The translations under genes were made by a program, and so were the position numbers. The notes below the pieces were generated by a model, which saw only the letters and a program-made list of their open reading frames with translations, searched no databases and was not told where the DNA came from. Of a stretch of 28,778 bases of DNA, positions 1-9,773 are shown piece by piece. Source of the stretch: Myxococcales bacterium (GTDB lineage Bacteria; Myxococcota_A; UBA9042). Every line of letters starts with the position of its first letter. The stretch's first letter is position 1. The DNA is taken from NCBI GenBank assembly GCA_037441385.1, contig JBBISH010000086.1, positions 1-28,778 of the forward strand, read 5' to 3'.

Positions 1-140
1 CTGATACGAACCCCGTCTGATTCACGCCTGTACGGTTCCTCTGACCCGGTCTGCAACCGGCGAGAATCAGGCGGGGACCCCGGTTCGGGCCCGAAGAATT
101 GCCGAAGTTTTCGAGCCGATTTGGACGGAAACCGTATGAG
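1..140. repeat. Structured intergenic segment with nested inverted repeats (possible MITE/REP-like remnant)
   Basis: ccccgtctgattc (11-23) pairs with gaatcaggcgggg (64-76) with one G-T pair. Inner ccggt-ctgca-accgg hairpin at 46-60. Imperfect outer pair ctgatacg (1-8)/cgtatgag (133-140). The left border is at the window edge. Confidence 0.35.
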
Positions 141-279
141 CAGCAACGAGTTTTCGCCAGCGAGTGGTCCCGTTGCTCTGAACCGCGGAGATTCGTAATT
201 GGTGTTCTAGCCAGCTGGCGACGGCTTGTTCGGGCTAGCAAATGGGCTGAATTGGCACCAGGTGGCGCCCGCCGCGCCC

Positions 280-3200
280 CTACTTCGCCCAGCCCTGGAA
301 CCAACCCGGCAGCCACTTTTGGCCATCGGGCGCCGGGCTCGAACCGGGCACCGGGGCGCCGTTGGGCGGCGTTCCACACTCGCTGTTGGCCTTGCCGGGC
401 GAGCCTTTGTCCACGCCGTTCCAGGCAGTTGCCGACAGGCACCAGTTGGCGGGGCTGTCGTTCAGCACCGCCTCGGTCTTGCTCGCGCTCAACTGCACCG
501 AGGAGCCGGCCAGCTTGGTCCAGCCGTTGCTGCCCCAGGTGAATGCGACCTTGTCGATGCTCAAGCCCTTCCACTGCAACTCGACCGCGTCGGCGGCGCT
601 GTTCGACAGGGGGAAGCCGCTGCCCGTGTACACGTAGTTGGGCGTGATGCCGCCGTTGGCCTTGGGATCGGCCGAGGCCGCAAAGACCAGGATCGCGCCG
701 GGCGCGCAGGGTACCGACTTGCCCACCGTGAACTTCTCGGTCGCGGTGCCGCCAATCACGGTCAGGCCGTTGAGGTCCAGGTTCTTGGTGCTCACGTTCT
801 TGATCTCGAACCACTCGCCCGCGGGTTCGCTGATGCTGGGGTCGATCATCAGCTCGGTGATGACAAGGTCGCCCGCGATCGGCTCGCCGTTGGCCGATTC
901 GACCTGGCAAGTGGGGCTGCAGCCGTCGCCGGCGGCCGTGTTGCCGTCGTCGCAGGCCTCGGGCGGCTCTACGGTGCCGTTGCCGCAGACTGGGTCGGGC
1001 AGGTCTTGGCAGACGTCGCCCTTGCCATCGCCGTTGGTGTCCAGCTGATCCGGGTTGGCTTGGTACGGGCAGTTGTCGCACACGTCGCCCGCGCCGTCGC
1101 CGTCGCCGTCCTTTTGGTCGGCGTTGGGCTTGGTTGGGCAATTGTCGGCGGCGTCGAGCTTGCCGTCGCCGTCGCTGTCCTTGGGGCAGCTGGAATTGAC
1201 CTTGCCAGGCGTGCCCTTGTTGCCTGTGGTGTACGTCTCGCTGGCTAGGCACCACGAAGCGGCTGCGTCGTTGGCCACCGCGGTGAGCTTGCCCGGATCC
1301 AGCTCGAGCGCCACGCCGGCGGCCACCTTGGGCCAACCCGGCGCGTTGTACACGATGCTATCGATGATCGCGCCGCCGGCCTCGACCCGCACTTCCGTGA
1401 TCGAGGTGTTGGTCAAGTTCAGCTTGGGCGCCCACACCGGGCCCTCCAACTCGCCGTTCAGGCTGGGGGTGACGCTGCGCGCCAGCACCACGTACGCCCC
1501 CGGGAACATCGGCAGCGACGCATTTTGCGGCAGCACGGTGGTCGACGAACCTGTCTTGAGCGAAATGCCAGCCAATTCCACAATGTGCGTGCTCGCGTTG
1601 TACAGCTCGACCCACTCACCGCCCTCGTCGGTCACCGGCGAGGCCGCATCGGGCAGCAATTCGGAAATGACCAGATCGCCCACCAGGATGGCCGGCTCGC
1701 TGAAGCAAAGGGCGTTGCAGCCGTCGCCGTACAGCAAGTTGCCATCGTCGCAATCTTCTTTGGGCTCCAGCACGCCGTTGCCGCAGCCGGGTGGCTCGCA
1801 CGCGTCGCCCAGGCCGTCGCCGTCGCCATCGCTCTGGTCAAAGTTCGGGTCCGCCGGGCAGTTGTCGCACACGTCGCCCACGCCGTCGTTGTCGCCGTCG
1901 AGCTGGTTGGCGTTCTTGTCGTTCAGGCAGTTGTCCGTCTTGTCCGGGATGCCGTCTTTGTCTTCGTCCTGATCGCCGCCGATGCAGCTCGGGTTCGCTT
2001 TGCCCGGCGAGCCAAAATCCCCCAGGCCGTAGATGGCTTGCGCTTTGCACCACGCGCCCTTTTCGTCGTTGACGTCGGCTGTGAGCACCGTCGCGTCCAG
2101 GCTCAACGACTTGCCGGTCACCAGCGGCCAGCCGGTCCCGTAGGTCACCGCGTCCAGCAGCACGCCGGCCGAGCGGATCGACAACGTTGCCGCGGTGGAC
2201 GAGAGTACAATCTTACCATAGACATACAAGGGCTTGGGCAAGCCGCCGTTGGCCGTGGCGTCGGCGCTCACCGCCAGGATGCCGTACGACTTGGGCCCCA
2301 GCACGATCGGGTCCGGTCCCGCCACCGCGTGGGTGATCGGCTTGGCGGTGCCCGTCTGGATCACCAGGCCGTTCAAGGTGATCGGCGCGTTCGTGGTGTT
2401 GTAGATCTCGAACCACTCGCCCAGATCGTCGGCCACCAGCTTGGGATTCGTCATGATTTCGGTGATCACCAGGGTGCCGGGGGCGATGCTGGTCTCGATC
2501 TGGCACCAGGCGCTGCAGCCATCGCCCGACACCTTGTTGCCGTCGTCGCAAGCCTCGCCGTCGCCCACCGTCGCGTCGCCGCAGCCGGCGATGGGGCCTT
2601 CGCAGGCATCGCCCACGCCGTTGTTGTCGGCGTCGAGCTGAGTGGGGTTCGACACTTCCGGGCAGTTGTCCGTGCTGTCGGGCACACCGTCTTTGTCCTT
2701 GTCGGCCACGCAGACGTCGTTGAGTGCGCCGGGGGTGCCCTTGTCGCCGTCGCTCGCGATGGTGCTGACCGCGCCGCACCAGTTGTCGACGAGATCATTG
2801 TCCGTCGCATTCAAGTGATCGGGATGCAACGACAGCGCCACACCGTTCAGGTTCGGCCAGCCCTTGGTCACGTCGTAGGCCATGGCGTCGATGACGATGC
2901 CGTTGCTTTCTAGCGACACGCCGTCGATGGCGTTGGTGAGCGTCAGCGTCTTGGCCCAGGCCGCGGCGATCTTCACGCCACCGTTCAGGGTCGTGTCGGC
3001 GCTGGGGCCAAAGACGGCGTAGCCTTTGGCGGCGATGGAAGTGCCGGCGGGGACAGTGAAATACTCCTTGTCGCCCACGCTCTTGATGACCATGCCGCCC
3101 AGGTCATAGGCCTTGGCCGTGGTGTTGTAGACCTCGACCCACTCGCCGTTGGCGTCGGCGACTTTGCCGTTGCCGTACGGGTTGAACATGACTTCGGTGA

Positions 3201-3651
3201 CGACCAAGTCGCCCGCCGCCAAGTTGGGACCCAGCGGGGTGCTGGTGTCGGCACCCGTGTCGCCCGCGTCCTTGGTGTCGGTTGGCCCCGCGTCGGTGCA
3301 GGTGTTCTTGCCGCCGGTGCACTTGCCGGCCGCGCACACGTCGCCCGTGGTGCAGGCCACGCCGTCGTCGCAAGCTGCCTTGTTGTTCTGGAATGAGCAC
3401 TTGCCGCCCGCGCACAGGTCGTCCGTGCAGACGTTGCCGTCGTTGCAGTCTTTGTCGACTTTGCAGGTCCCGCCGCCGTCCGCACCCGAGTCGAACTTGC
3501 TGCCGCCCAAATCGGTCGAGACGTCGGGAATGGTGGTGGTCGTGCCGGAGTTGGAAGTACCGGTATCGGCGCAGCCAACCGCAAGGAACTGGGCGGCGGC
3601 AACAGCGGCGAGTCCAGCGCTCGCACGGCCAAAGAAGGGGTTCGCGGTCAC
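280..3651 (-). CDS. Large lipoprotein with 4 lamin-tail (LTD) domains, thrombospondin type-3 Ca-binding repeats and Myxococcus Cys-rich (DUF4215-like) repeats
   Basis: GTG at 3651 is preceded by AGGAG; lipobox FLAVG-C. Four LTD starts ([39 protein letters not shown]), each followed by EW[VF]E[VIL][YK]N. TSP3 motifs such as DxDxDGxPDxxDNC and QxDxDxDGxGDxC. Three CG[ND]...CDDGN...GDGC repeats. Confidence 0.9.
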   Translation of the reverse strand: MTANPFFGRASAGLAAVAAAQFLAVGCADTGTSNSGTTTTIPDVSTDLGGSKFDSGADGGGTCKVDKDCNDGNVCTDDLCAGGKCSFQNNKAACDDGVACTTGDVCAAGKCTGGKNTCTDAGPTDTKDAGDTGADTSTPLGPNLAAGDLVVTEVMFNPYGNGKVADANGEWVEVYNTTAKAYDLGGMVIKSVGDKEYFTVPAGTSIAAKGYAVFGPSADTTLNGGVKIAAAWAKTLTLTNAIDGVSLESNGIVIDAMAYDVTKGWPNLNGVALSLHPDHLNATDNDLVDNWCGAVSTIASDGDKGTPGALNDVCVADKDKDGVPDSTDNCPEVSNPTQLDADNNGVGDACEGPIAGCGDATVGDGEACDDGNKVSGDGCSAWCQIETSIAPGTLVITEIMTNPKLVADDLGEWFEIYNTTNAPITLNGLVIQTGTAKPITHAVAGPDPIVLGPKSYGILAVSADATANGGLPKPLYVYGKIVLSSTAATLSIRSAGVLLDAVTYGTGWPLVTGKSLSLDATVLTADVNDEKGAWCKAQAIYGLGDFGSPGKANPSCIGGDQDEDKDGIPDKTDNCLNDKNANQLDGDNDGVGDVCDNCPADPNFDQSDGDGDGLGDACEPPGCGNGVLEPKEDCDDGNLLYGDGCNALCFSEPAILVGDLVISELLPDAASPVTDEGGEWVELYNASTHIVELAGISLKTGSSTTVLPQNASLPMFPGAYVVLARSVTPSLNGELEGPVWAPKLNLTNTSITEVRVEAGGAIIDSIVYNAPGWPKVAAGVALELDPGKLTAVANDAAASWCLASETYTTGNKGTPGKVNSSCPKDSDGDGKLDAADNCPTKPNADQKDGDGDGAGDVCDNCPYQANPDQLDTNGDGKGDVCQDLPDPVCGNGTVEPPEACDDGNTAAGDGCSPTCQVESANGEPIAGDLVITELMIDPSISEPAGEWFEIKNVSTKNLDLNGLTVIGGTATEKFTVGKSVPCAPGAILVFAASADPKANGGITPNYVYTGSGFPLSNSAADAVELQWKGLSIDKVAFTWGSNGWTKLAGSSVQLSASKTEAVLNDSPANWCLSATAWNGVDKGSPGKANSECGTPPNGAPVPGSSPAPDGQKWLPGWFQGWAK

Positions 3652-3806
3652 GGCAACTCCTGCTGGGCGCATCGTGCAAGGCCCATGCGGCATAAGTGTA
3701 GTGATCGCGGCGCCTCTAGGCAACGAGAGCGCGGCGCGGCCGGGTTTGACACGGCTGCAGCCATGGGCACACTGGGGGCCAGAGCGGCTCGCTCGGAGAA
3801 CAAACG

Positions 3807-4700
3807 ATGTACGCATTCCGTAAAGGGTGGTTGACCACGCCGGCCGCAGCCGTCAGCGTATGGGCGATGGCCAGCGCCGCATTGGCCGCAGACGCCAAAA
3901 GCGCAGAGGACTGGTTTCGCGAGGGCATCGACGCTATGCAGGCGGGTAAACTGCCCGACGCGATTCAAGATTTTCAGTACTGCACCCAGCTCAAGCCCGA
4001 CCTGAAAGAGTGCTGGTTCAACCTGGGCGTCGCCTACGGGCGGCAGCGCGACTTTTCGCGCGAGGCGACCGCCTACCTAGAGGCCGTGCGCCTGGACCCG
4101 GCCTACGGCCGCGCCCATTTCAACCTGGCCGTGGCGTACGAGGATTTGGGACGCCCCGCAGATGCGCTGATTCACTACGATCTTGCGCTGCAAGCAGAGC
4201 CGAATGCCATCGACGCGCACCTAAACCGAGCCATGCTGCTCCTGTCCCTGGATCGCTACGACGAGGCGATCGCCGGCTTTGACAAAGCGGTGCAGTTGCA
4301 GCCCGAGGCGGCCGAGGGCTACTACGATCTGGCCGAGGCCCAGCATATCAAGGCGGGCAAGCTACAAGAGCCCGAGCGCACGCAATGGCTGCGCAAGGCC
4401 ATCTCGACCTACCAGTTGTGCCTGGGCAAGGATCCGAACCACTACCGGTCGTGGTACAACATCGGGGTGATTCACCACAAGCTCAAGGACTTGGACTCCG
4501 AGATCGCCGCCTACCAAAAGACCTTGGCGCTCAAGTCCAAGTACACGCCCGCGCTGTACAACCTGGCGTTTGCCCTGCGTGACAAGGGCGACAAGGCGGC
4601 CGCCAAGCAAGCGTTCGAGGCCTATGTCGCCGCGGCCGGGACGGCCAAGCAAGAGGCGCGCTTCGTCGAGATTGCCAAGCGCGAAATCAGTAAGTTATAG
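3807..4700 (+). CDS. Secreted tetratricopeptide-repeat protein
   Basis: GGAG upstream of the ATG; Ala-rich signal peptide ending ALA-AD. Tandem TPR helices ([48 protein letters not shown]). Confidence 0.9.
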   Translation: MYAFRKGWLTTPAAAVSVWAMASAALAADAKSAEDWFREGIDAMQAGKLPDAIQDFQYCTQLKPDLKECWFNLGVAYGRQRDFSREATAYLEAVRLDPAYGRAHFNLAVAYEDLGRPADALIHYDLALQAEPNAIDAHLNRAMLLLSLDRYDEAIAGFDKAVQLQPEAAEGYYDLAEAQHIKAGKLQEPERTQWLRKAISTYQLCLGKDPNHYRSWYNIGVIHHKLKDLDSEIAAYQKTLALKSKYTPALYNLAFALRDKGDKAAAKQAFEAYVAAAGTAKQEARFVEIAKREISKL

Positions 4701-4753
4701 GGGGGTCTGTTTGGGGTAGAGCCGGAACCTGACGCGCGGGACGCGCATCCCCA

Positions 4754-4855
4754 CCCGAGCCGGCACCGGAACCAGATCCTGAACCTGGACCGGAACCTGA
4801 TCCTGAACCGGATCCTGAACCTGATCCCGTTCCCGAACCGGAACCCGATCCCCAG
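4754..4855. repeat. Degenerate hexanucleotide tandem repeat, consensus CCNGAW, about 16-17 units
   Basis: Units read directly: cccgag ccggca ccggaa ccagat cctgaa cctgga ccggaa cctgat cctgaa ccggat cctgaa cctgat cccgtt cccgaa ccggaa cccgat ccccag. Lies between convergent genes. Confidence 0.85.
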
Positions 4856-4863
4856 CCAGCCGC

Positions 4864-4928
4864 GGCTAGTACTACAAACCCGAAGTTCGTTCGGGGATGG
4901 GCCTTTCGAATAGTTTGTAGTACTAGCC
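4864..4928. repeat. Palindromic element 1 with perfect 16-bp inverted repeats containing CTAGTAC...GTACTAG (MITE/REP-like)
   Basis: ggctagtactacaaac (4864-4879) is the exact reverse complement of gtttgtagtactagcc (4913-4928); 33-nt spacer. Confidence 0.8.
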
Positions 4929-4943
4929 TTTTCCGCAAGCAAA

Positions 4944-4960
4944 GGGGGCGCGCCGCCCCC
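4944..4960 (-). terminator. GC-rich hairpin, possible weak intrinsic terminator of the minus-strand selenoprotein gene
   Basis: gggggcg-cgc-cgccccc stem-loop; followed by only TTT on the minus strand. Confidence 0.3.
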
Positions 4961-4988
4961 TGCGACCCCCGCGTGCGGCTCGCGCCGC

Positions 4989-5040
4989 CTAGTACGCCAG
5001 CGACGGCAACCCCGAAAGAACTTGAGATTTGGCGTACTAG
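4989..5040. repeat. Palindromic element 2 with perfect 11-bp inverted repeats (CTAGTAC...GTACTAG)
   Basis: ctagtacgcca (4989-4999) pairs with tggcgtactag (5030-5040); 30-nt spacer. The terminal CTAG contains the TAG stop (5037-5039) of the minus-strand gene. Confidence 0.75.
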
Positions 5041-6509
5041 TGCCCGCCGCCCGCCTTGGGGAATTTCTCTTGAAACGCCTTGACCATGCGGTCGACCACG
5101 CTGTCGTCCGGCACGTCCGTGGCCAGCGGAGTCTGCGTGATTTCGACCGTGGACGCGTCTGGCGGCGCTTTGCCATCGCTCGAATCGAGCTGCATGGTCA
5201 GGCGCTGCAGGCGCGCTTTGGCGGCAACTAGCTGTTGTTCCATGGTCTTGCGCGTGTCGGGCGTTAGCTTGATGGTCGAGCCGGGGCGGTCGACGGCCTC
5301 AAGCTCGGAAACCAGACTTTGCACCTGATTGGCGGCCTCGCCGCGTTCAACCGACAGCGCTTCGCGGACGTTGGCCGGCCAGTACCGGTCGCGCTTTTCG
5401 CGCACACTCACCGTGACTTGGGTGATGTACTTGCCCTTGGTGAACGCGTCGACGAACAGCGTCTGGTGGCCCATCGTCACGGGCTGCATGGTCAGCTCCG
5501 AGTCCATCGAGCCCAAGATGAGATCGATCCCCGGGACCTGGTTGGCCACGGCCTCGACGTCGGCGCGGTGCATCTGGCTCAGGACCACTACCAAGTCGCA
5601 GCCTTGCGCGCGCAGCTTGGGCACCACGTCTTTGGCAGCCTGCACGGGCGGCTGCACTTCCAGCCCCGGCTCTAGCACCAGTTTGCCGGTGTTGGGCACG
5701 TTGCCGGTGACCAAGCCCAAGAAACCGACCCGCAGCGGCCCGACCTGGCGAACATAGCTGGCCTGGAACACGGGCTCGTGCGTCTTGGCGTCGCGGATAT
5801 TGGCCGAGAGCAGGGTAGCCTTGGCATTTTTCGCAAATTTCTGCAGGTCGCCCACGCCCACGGCCAATTCGTGCGCACCCACGTTGACCAAGGCATAGCC
5901 CATGTGCGCATAGACCTTGGCGTACAGGTCCACGCGCGCGTCAAGCTCGCCGGGCCGCTCGGGCGCGCCCGGGTTCGCCACCATAAGACCACCCGCATCC
6001 AGCAGCATCGCGTTGCGATACTCGCCGACGTGGGACTTCCAGAACTGGGATCGCCGAGCCAGACCGCCCAGCGGGTTGTGCGCTCAACCACAGGGATCGA
6101 CTTCGCCGATCACCCCGCTCGTCAAGCCGAACATCACCTTTTGCTCGGGCGGCACGGGCGGCAACGCGTCCGCCTGGCCTCGCACCGCGCTGTTCACCAC
6201 CACCTGTGCCTGGGCGGGAGGCGCCGCTGTGTCGCCCACGGCCGGCGGCAGCACGCTCGGCGCTTCCAGCTTGCTCGCCGCGACCAGCAAATCTTTATGG
6301 ACGCCCGTCCATTTTTCGGCGCCCGAGTCCGCCAGCGTCCGCGGTGGCAGCTGCTGGGCCTTGGACTGCGACCGCGCGCCCAGGGCGCCTAGACCGCCAA
6401 TGGTCAGCGCAATCAGGACCACCAAGGTCAACCAGGTGCCCGCCCAGCCGTCGCGTGCCCCAGCAGACTGGGCCGGCGGCGGGCTTGTTGGATGCGATGA
6501 GTGCGTCAT
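5037..6509 (-). CDS. UshA-like (5'-nucleotidase/metallophosphoesterase-fold) selenoprotein, about 490 aa, Sec at codon 142
   Basis: ATG at 6509, then a TM/signal segment LTLVVLIALTIGGLGALGA. The frame reads ...GEVDPCG-[TGA 6086-6084]-AHNPLGGLARR...MLLDAGG...VNVGAHE...LLSANI...RVGFLGL...DLVVVLSQ...GIDLILG with no frameshift. The track ORFs 6084..7433 and 5037..6008 are in the same frame, 75 nt apart. Confidence 0.88.
6052..6073 (-). promoter_or_regulatory. Putative bacterial SECIS element
   Basis: mRNA reads UGA-GCGCACAACC-CGCUGGGC-GGUCUG-GCUCGGCG. This gives an 8-bp stem (two G-U pairs) and a 6-nt G-initiated loop 18 nt after the UGA. GGUCUG also occurs at the apex of the E. coli fdhF SECIS. 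Confidence 0.75.
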
Positions 6510-6665
6510 GCAGTGCCTGTGTCCCGGCTTGCGCGGGACAGGCCGCAGTGTAGCGGGGTGCCGCGGCGAATCCAAATTGCCCGCAAGGTTGACCGCTATG
6601 CGCGGCACCTTTAGGCTTTCGCGCCTTGTGCCGCGACCCTGGCGCCGCGGAAGGGAGTTGGACCG

Positions 6666-8210
6666 ATGGCTTTGGGCTCCCGTTTGGCTGGTACCGCGCG
6701 CGCGCGCATCTTGCTGGCTGTGGCGCTGGCCGCGGTGGTCTACGCCGCCTCGTCTGGCGCAATGCTGCTGCACCCGTCGCCGCATTTTCACTTTGTCGAT
6801 ATGGCGTGGAACCTGATGCACGGCCGGGTCGACACCGACACGCCGCGCCGCGGGCCCAATCAGCCGCAGCAACCCGACGAACCGCGCGGGCTCAGCGCCG
6901 CGGTCAACCGCCACCTGCTTGGCGCCGACGGCAAGAACTTGGGCTGGAACGACTGGGCCTCGTACCGCGTGCTGACCCTGAAGGGCGGCGAGGTGGTCCG
7001 CGGCGTGTTCCCGTGGAAGGACCAGGCCGCGCCGCGCAGCCACGAGTTCCGCACGCTGGACGGGCGCTTGATGATCATCGACGTGGACAAAGAGCTGCGC
7101 ACGGGCTGCAAGCCCGGCCGGCCCTACGAGCGGTGCGACGATGTGGTCTACCAGGTGTCGTTTCCGCCGCTGCCGGCCATCGTCATGATGCCGCTGGTGG
7201 CGATCTGGGGCTACGACGTCAACGACACGCTGGTCACGCTCCTGTTCTCGATTGGTTCGGTTCTGCTCTTTGCTCTTTGGATCGAGCGACTTGCGGCGCG
7301 CGGGCTCATCACCACGTCGCCGGGCGACCGCATCTGGCTGTCGGCGCTCATGGCGTTTGGCACCGTCACTTGGTACTGCTCGATCCGCGGCCAAGTGTGG
7401 TTCACGGCGCTGGTGGTGGGCCTGACCCTGCATTTTGCCTACGTTTGGTTTGGCGAAGGGGCGCGTCGGCCGTTCTGGGCGGGCCTGATGTTCGGTCTGG
7501 GCGTCGCGGCGCGCACGCCGATCCTGTTTGCCGGGCTATTCGTGCCGCTCGAGGCGGCGTTCGACGGCGGCCAACCGTTTTGGCGCGACGGTGCCCAAGG
7601 CTGGAAGCGTTTTGTGGTCAAGCTGTTCTGGTTCGCGCTCCCCGCCGCGGTCATTGGCGCAGCGCTGGCCTGGTTCAACTGGGTTCGTTGGGAAAACCCG
7701 TTGGAATTCGGCCATCTGTACCTGCTGGAGGGCACGCGCGGGCCAACGCGCGAGCACGGCCTGTTCAACACCGTATTCTTGAACAACAACCTGAGCGCCG
7801 CCGTGACGAACATGCCGCGGCTGCTGCTGAACGCCCCCTTTGTCCTCGTTACGCGCCACGGCTTGGGCCTGTTGGCCAGCACGCCGGCGCTGTTTGCGCT
7901 GTTGGGCGCGCCGCGGCGCAACGAGCTCCCCAGCGACGATCCCGCAGCGATCGAGCGCAAGCGCCTGGAACGCAGTCTGTTTTGGACGCTGCTGGCCGTG
8001 GCGGTCCCCGGACTGGTCTATCAGAACGACGGCTGGCAGCAATTCGCCTACCGTTTTTCGATGGATTTTTTGCCCCTGCTCCTGGGTTTGTTCGCGTTGC
8101 GGGTGCAAAAGCTGTCGCCCGCCGTCAAGGTCCTGATCGTGCTGTCGATGGCGGTGCAGCTTTTTGGCGCGATCACCTTTGGCCGCATGGAGCAGTTCTA
8201 CTACGACTAG
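6666..8210 (+). CDS. Polytopic membrane protein, probable GT-C-fold (lipid-linked sugar) glycosyltransferase-like
   Basis: GGGAG upstream of the ATG. N-terminal TM, a large first extracytoplasmic loop ending VSFPPLPAIVMMPL, then many hydrophobic helices. Motifs GQVWF, NWVRWENPLEFG and YQNDGWQQFAYRFSMDFLP. The GT-C assignment is inferred from topology. Confidence 0.6.
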   Translation: MALGSRLAGTARARILLAVALAAVVYAASSGAMLLHPSPHFHFVDMAWNLMHGRVDTDTPRRGPNQPQQPDEPRGLSAAVNRHLLGADGKNLGWNDWASYRVLTLKGGEVVRGVFPWKDQAAPRSHEFRTLDGRLMIIDVDKELRTGCKPGRPYERCDDVVYQVSFPPLPAIVMMPLVAIWGYDVNDTLVTLLFSIGSVLLFALWIERLAARGLITTSPGDRIWLSALMAFGTVTWYCSIRGQVWFTALVVGLTLHFAYVWFGEGARRPFWAGLMFGLGVAARTPILFAGLFVPLEAAFDGGQPFWRDGAQGWKRFVVKLFWFALPAAVIGAALAWFNWVRWENPLEFGHLYLLEGTRGPTREHGLFNTVFLNNNLSAAVTNMPRLLLNAPFVLVTRHGLGLLASTPALFALLGAPRRNELPSDDPAAIERKRLERSLFWTLLAVAVPGLVYQNDGWQQFAYRFSMDFLPLLLGLFALRVQKLSPAVKVLIVLSMAVQLFGAITFGRMEQFYYD

Positions 8211-8324
8211 CGACCGCCGCGGCGACTTGCCCAGCCACCGCGCCGGTTTGCAAAGCGGACCTTGCAAGTCCGAATTGATGCCGGCAGCATGCCGGCGCTG
8301 CAGAAGAGCAGCGGCGAGGCACAC

Positions 8325-9689
8325 ATGGCCGGCAGTACCCGCGGCGAAGAGACGCCGATCCACGACCTGAGCCAGTGCTTGGAGTGGTGCCGTTCGGGCG
8401 CCAGGCCGCGGCAGGCCTTCAAGATCGGGACGGAATTCGAGCGCATCGCCATAGACGCCCAGGGGCGGCCGCTGCCGTACCATGGCGAGGTGAGCATCCG
8501 CACGCTGCTGGACCGCCTGGCGGATCGCCACGGCTGGAACCGCGTCTTGGAGGCGGGGCAGCCGATCGCCTTGGAGCGGAGCGGCGCGTCGGTTTCGCTA
8601 GAGCCTGCCGGGCAGTTCGAGCTGTCCGGTGCCGTGCTGCCCACGATCGACGCCTTTCGCGACGAGCTGGCTCAGCACTTGGTCGAGGTGGACGACGTCG
8701 CGCGCGATCTGGGGATTCAATTTGTGTACGCCGGCCACAACCCCATCACGCCGCTGGACCAAGTGCCGCACATGCCCAAAGGCCGCTACGGCATCATGCG
8801 CGCGTGGATGCCGCGGGTGGGCCGCTGGGGCCTGAACATGATGCACCTGACGTGCACCGTCCAGGCCAACCTGGACTATTCCAGCGAGGCCGAGTGCATG
8901 GAGATGATGCGCGCCGGGCACTTGCTGACGCCGGTCCTGATCGCCCTGTTTGCCAACTCGCCGTACCACGCCGGAAAAGACACCGGCTACGCGAGCTTCC
9001 GCGGGCATCTGTGGTCCGACGTGGACCCGCAGCGCTGCGACGTGCGCGCCTTTGCCTTCGATCCCCACGCGACCCTGCAGCGGTACGTCGATTGGCTGCT
9101 CGATATCCCCATGTATTTTGTGCAAGAGCCGGGGCCGGATGGGGCTCTGCGCTACCGCGGCTTGGACGGCGTCTTTACCTTCCGCTACTTCTTCCAGCGC
9201 GGCTTGGACGGGCGGCGCCCAACCATGGCGGATTGGGAAGTGCACGTGTCGACAGTCTTTCCCGACATCCGCATCAAGAAGTGGATCGAGGTGCGCCAGG
9301 CCGACGTGGTGCCCGAGCTGGCTCTGCCCGCCTTGCCGGCGCTCTGCAAGGGGCTCCTGTACGACGCGGCCGCTCGCCGCGAGGTGATGGAGCTATTGGG
9401 CGATGGCGACGTGCGGATCGACCGCGACGCGCTGCGCGAAGCCGCCTGCAAGGATGCGCTGACCGGCGTCAGTGGCGGCCTGCACGTCGGCGAACTGTGC
9501 AAGGAGGCCCTGGCGATTGCCCATCGCGGGTTGGATCGCCTGCATCGGGCCACCGGCGAAGACGCCCAGGCCGGTAGGAGCTTGGACGTCTTGGACGCCA
9601 TCGTGCACGGCGACCAGCCGGCGTTTTGGCAAGTGCAAAGGCAGCGTCTGCAATCCGGCGAGGGCCTGCGGGCGCTGGTCGGCATGTAG
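8325..9689 (+). CDS. gshA: Glutamate-cysteine ligase (GCS2, plant/alphaproteobacterial type)
   Basis: Motifs IGTEFE, SLEPAGQFELSG, MPKGRYGIM, MMHLTCTVQANLDYSSE, ALFANSP and HVSTVFPDIRIKKWIEVRQAD. GAGG precedes the ATG at 8325 (the ORF track starts at 8262). Confidence 0.93.
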   Translation: MAGSTRGEETPIHDLSQCLEWCRSGARPRQAFKIGTEFERIAIDAQGRPLPYHGEVSIRTLLDRLADRHGWNRVLEAGQPIALERSGASVSLEPAGQFELSGAVLPTIDAFRDELAQHLVEVDDVARDLGIQFVYAGHNPITPLDQVPHMPKGRYGIMRAWMPRVGRWGLNMMHLTCTVQANLDYSSEAECMEMMRAGHLLTPVLIALFANSPYHAGKDTGYASFRGHLWSDVDPQRCDVRAFAFDPHATLQRYVDWLLDIPMYFVQEPGPDGALRYRGLDGVFTFRYFFQRGLDGRRPTMADWEVHVSTVFPDIRIKKWIEVRQADVVPELALPALPALCKGLLYDAAARREVMELLGDGDVRIDRDALREAACKDALTGVSGGLHVGELCKEALAIAHRGLDRLHRATGEDAQAGRSLDVLDAIVHGDQPAFWQVQRQRLQSGEGLRALVGM

Positions 9690-9773
9690 CCGTTGCGCTC
9701 GCCGCGGAACTCTTCGCACAAATTTGCGCGGCGTGCGTTGACAGCGGCCGCGTTTTTGACGACACAGCTTGAT

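Noticed and set aside
4687..4938. 83-aa GS-rich ORF on the minus strand
   Set aside because: TTG start without a clear RBS; it is made of the palindrome plus the hexamer tract and overlaps the TPR gene end.
4864..5040. Integron attC sites or a CRISPR array
   Set aside because: The ends do not fit RYYYAAC/GTTRRRY, there is no cassette array or integrase, and there are no identical direct repeats with unique spacers.
6084..6086. TGA read as a true stop (two genes or a pseudogene)
   Set aside because: It lies in a PCG-x...GGLARR motif, the frame continues seamlessly into the LLDAG strand, and a SECIS-like hairpin follows.
6510..7433. N-terminal 308 aa of track ORF 6084..7433
   Set aside because: Largely antisense shadow of the 6666..8210 membrane gene. 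Protein-like sequence begins at ATG 6509.
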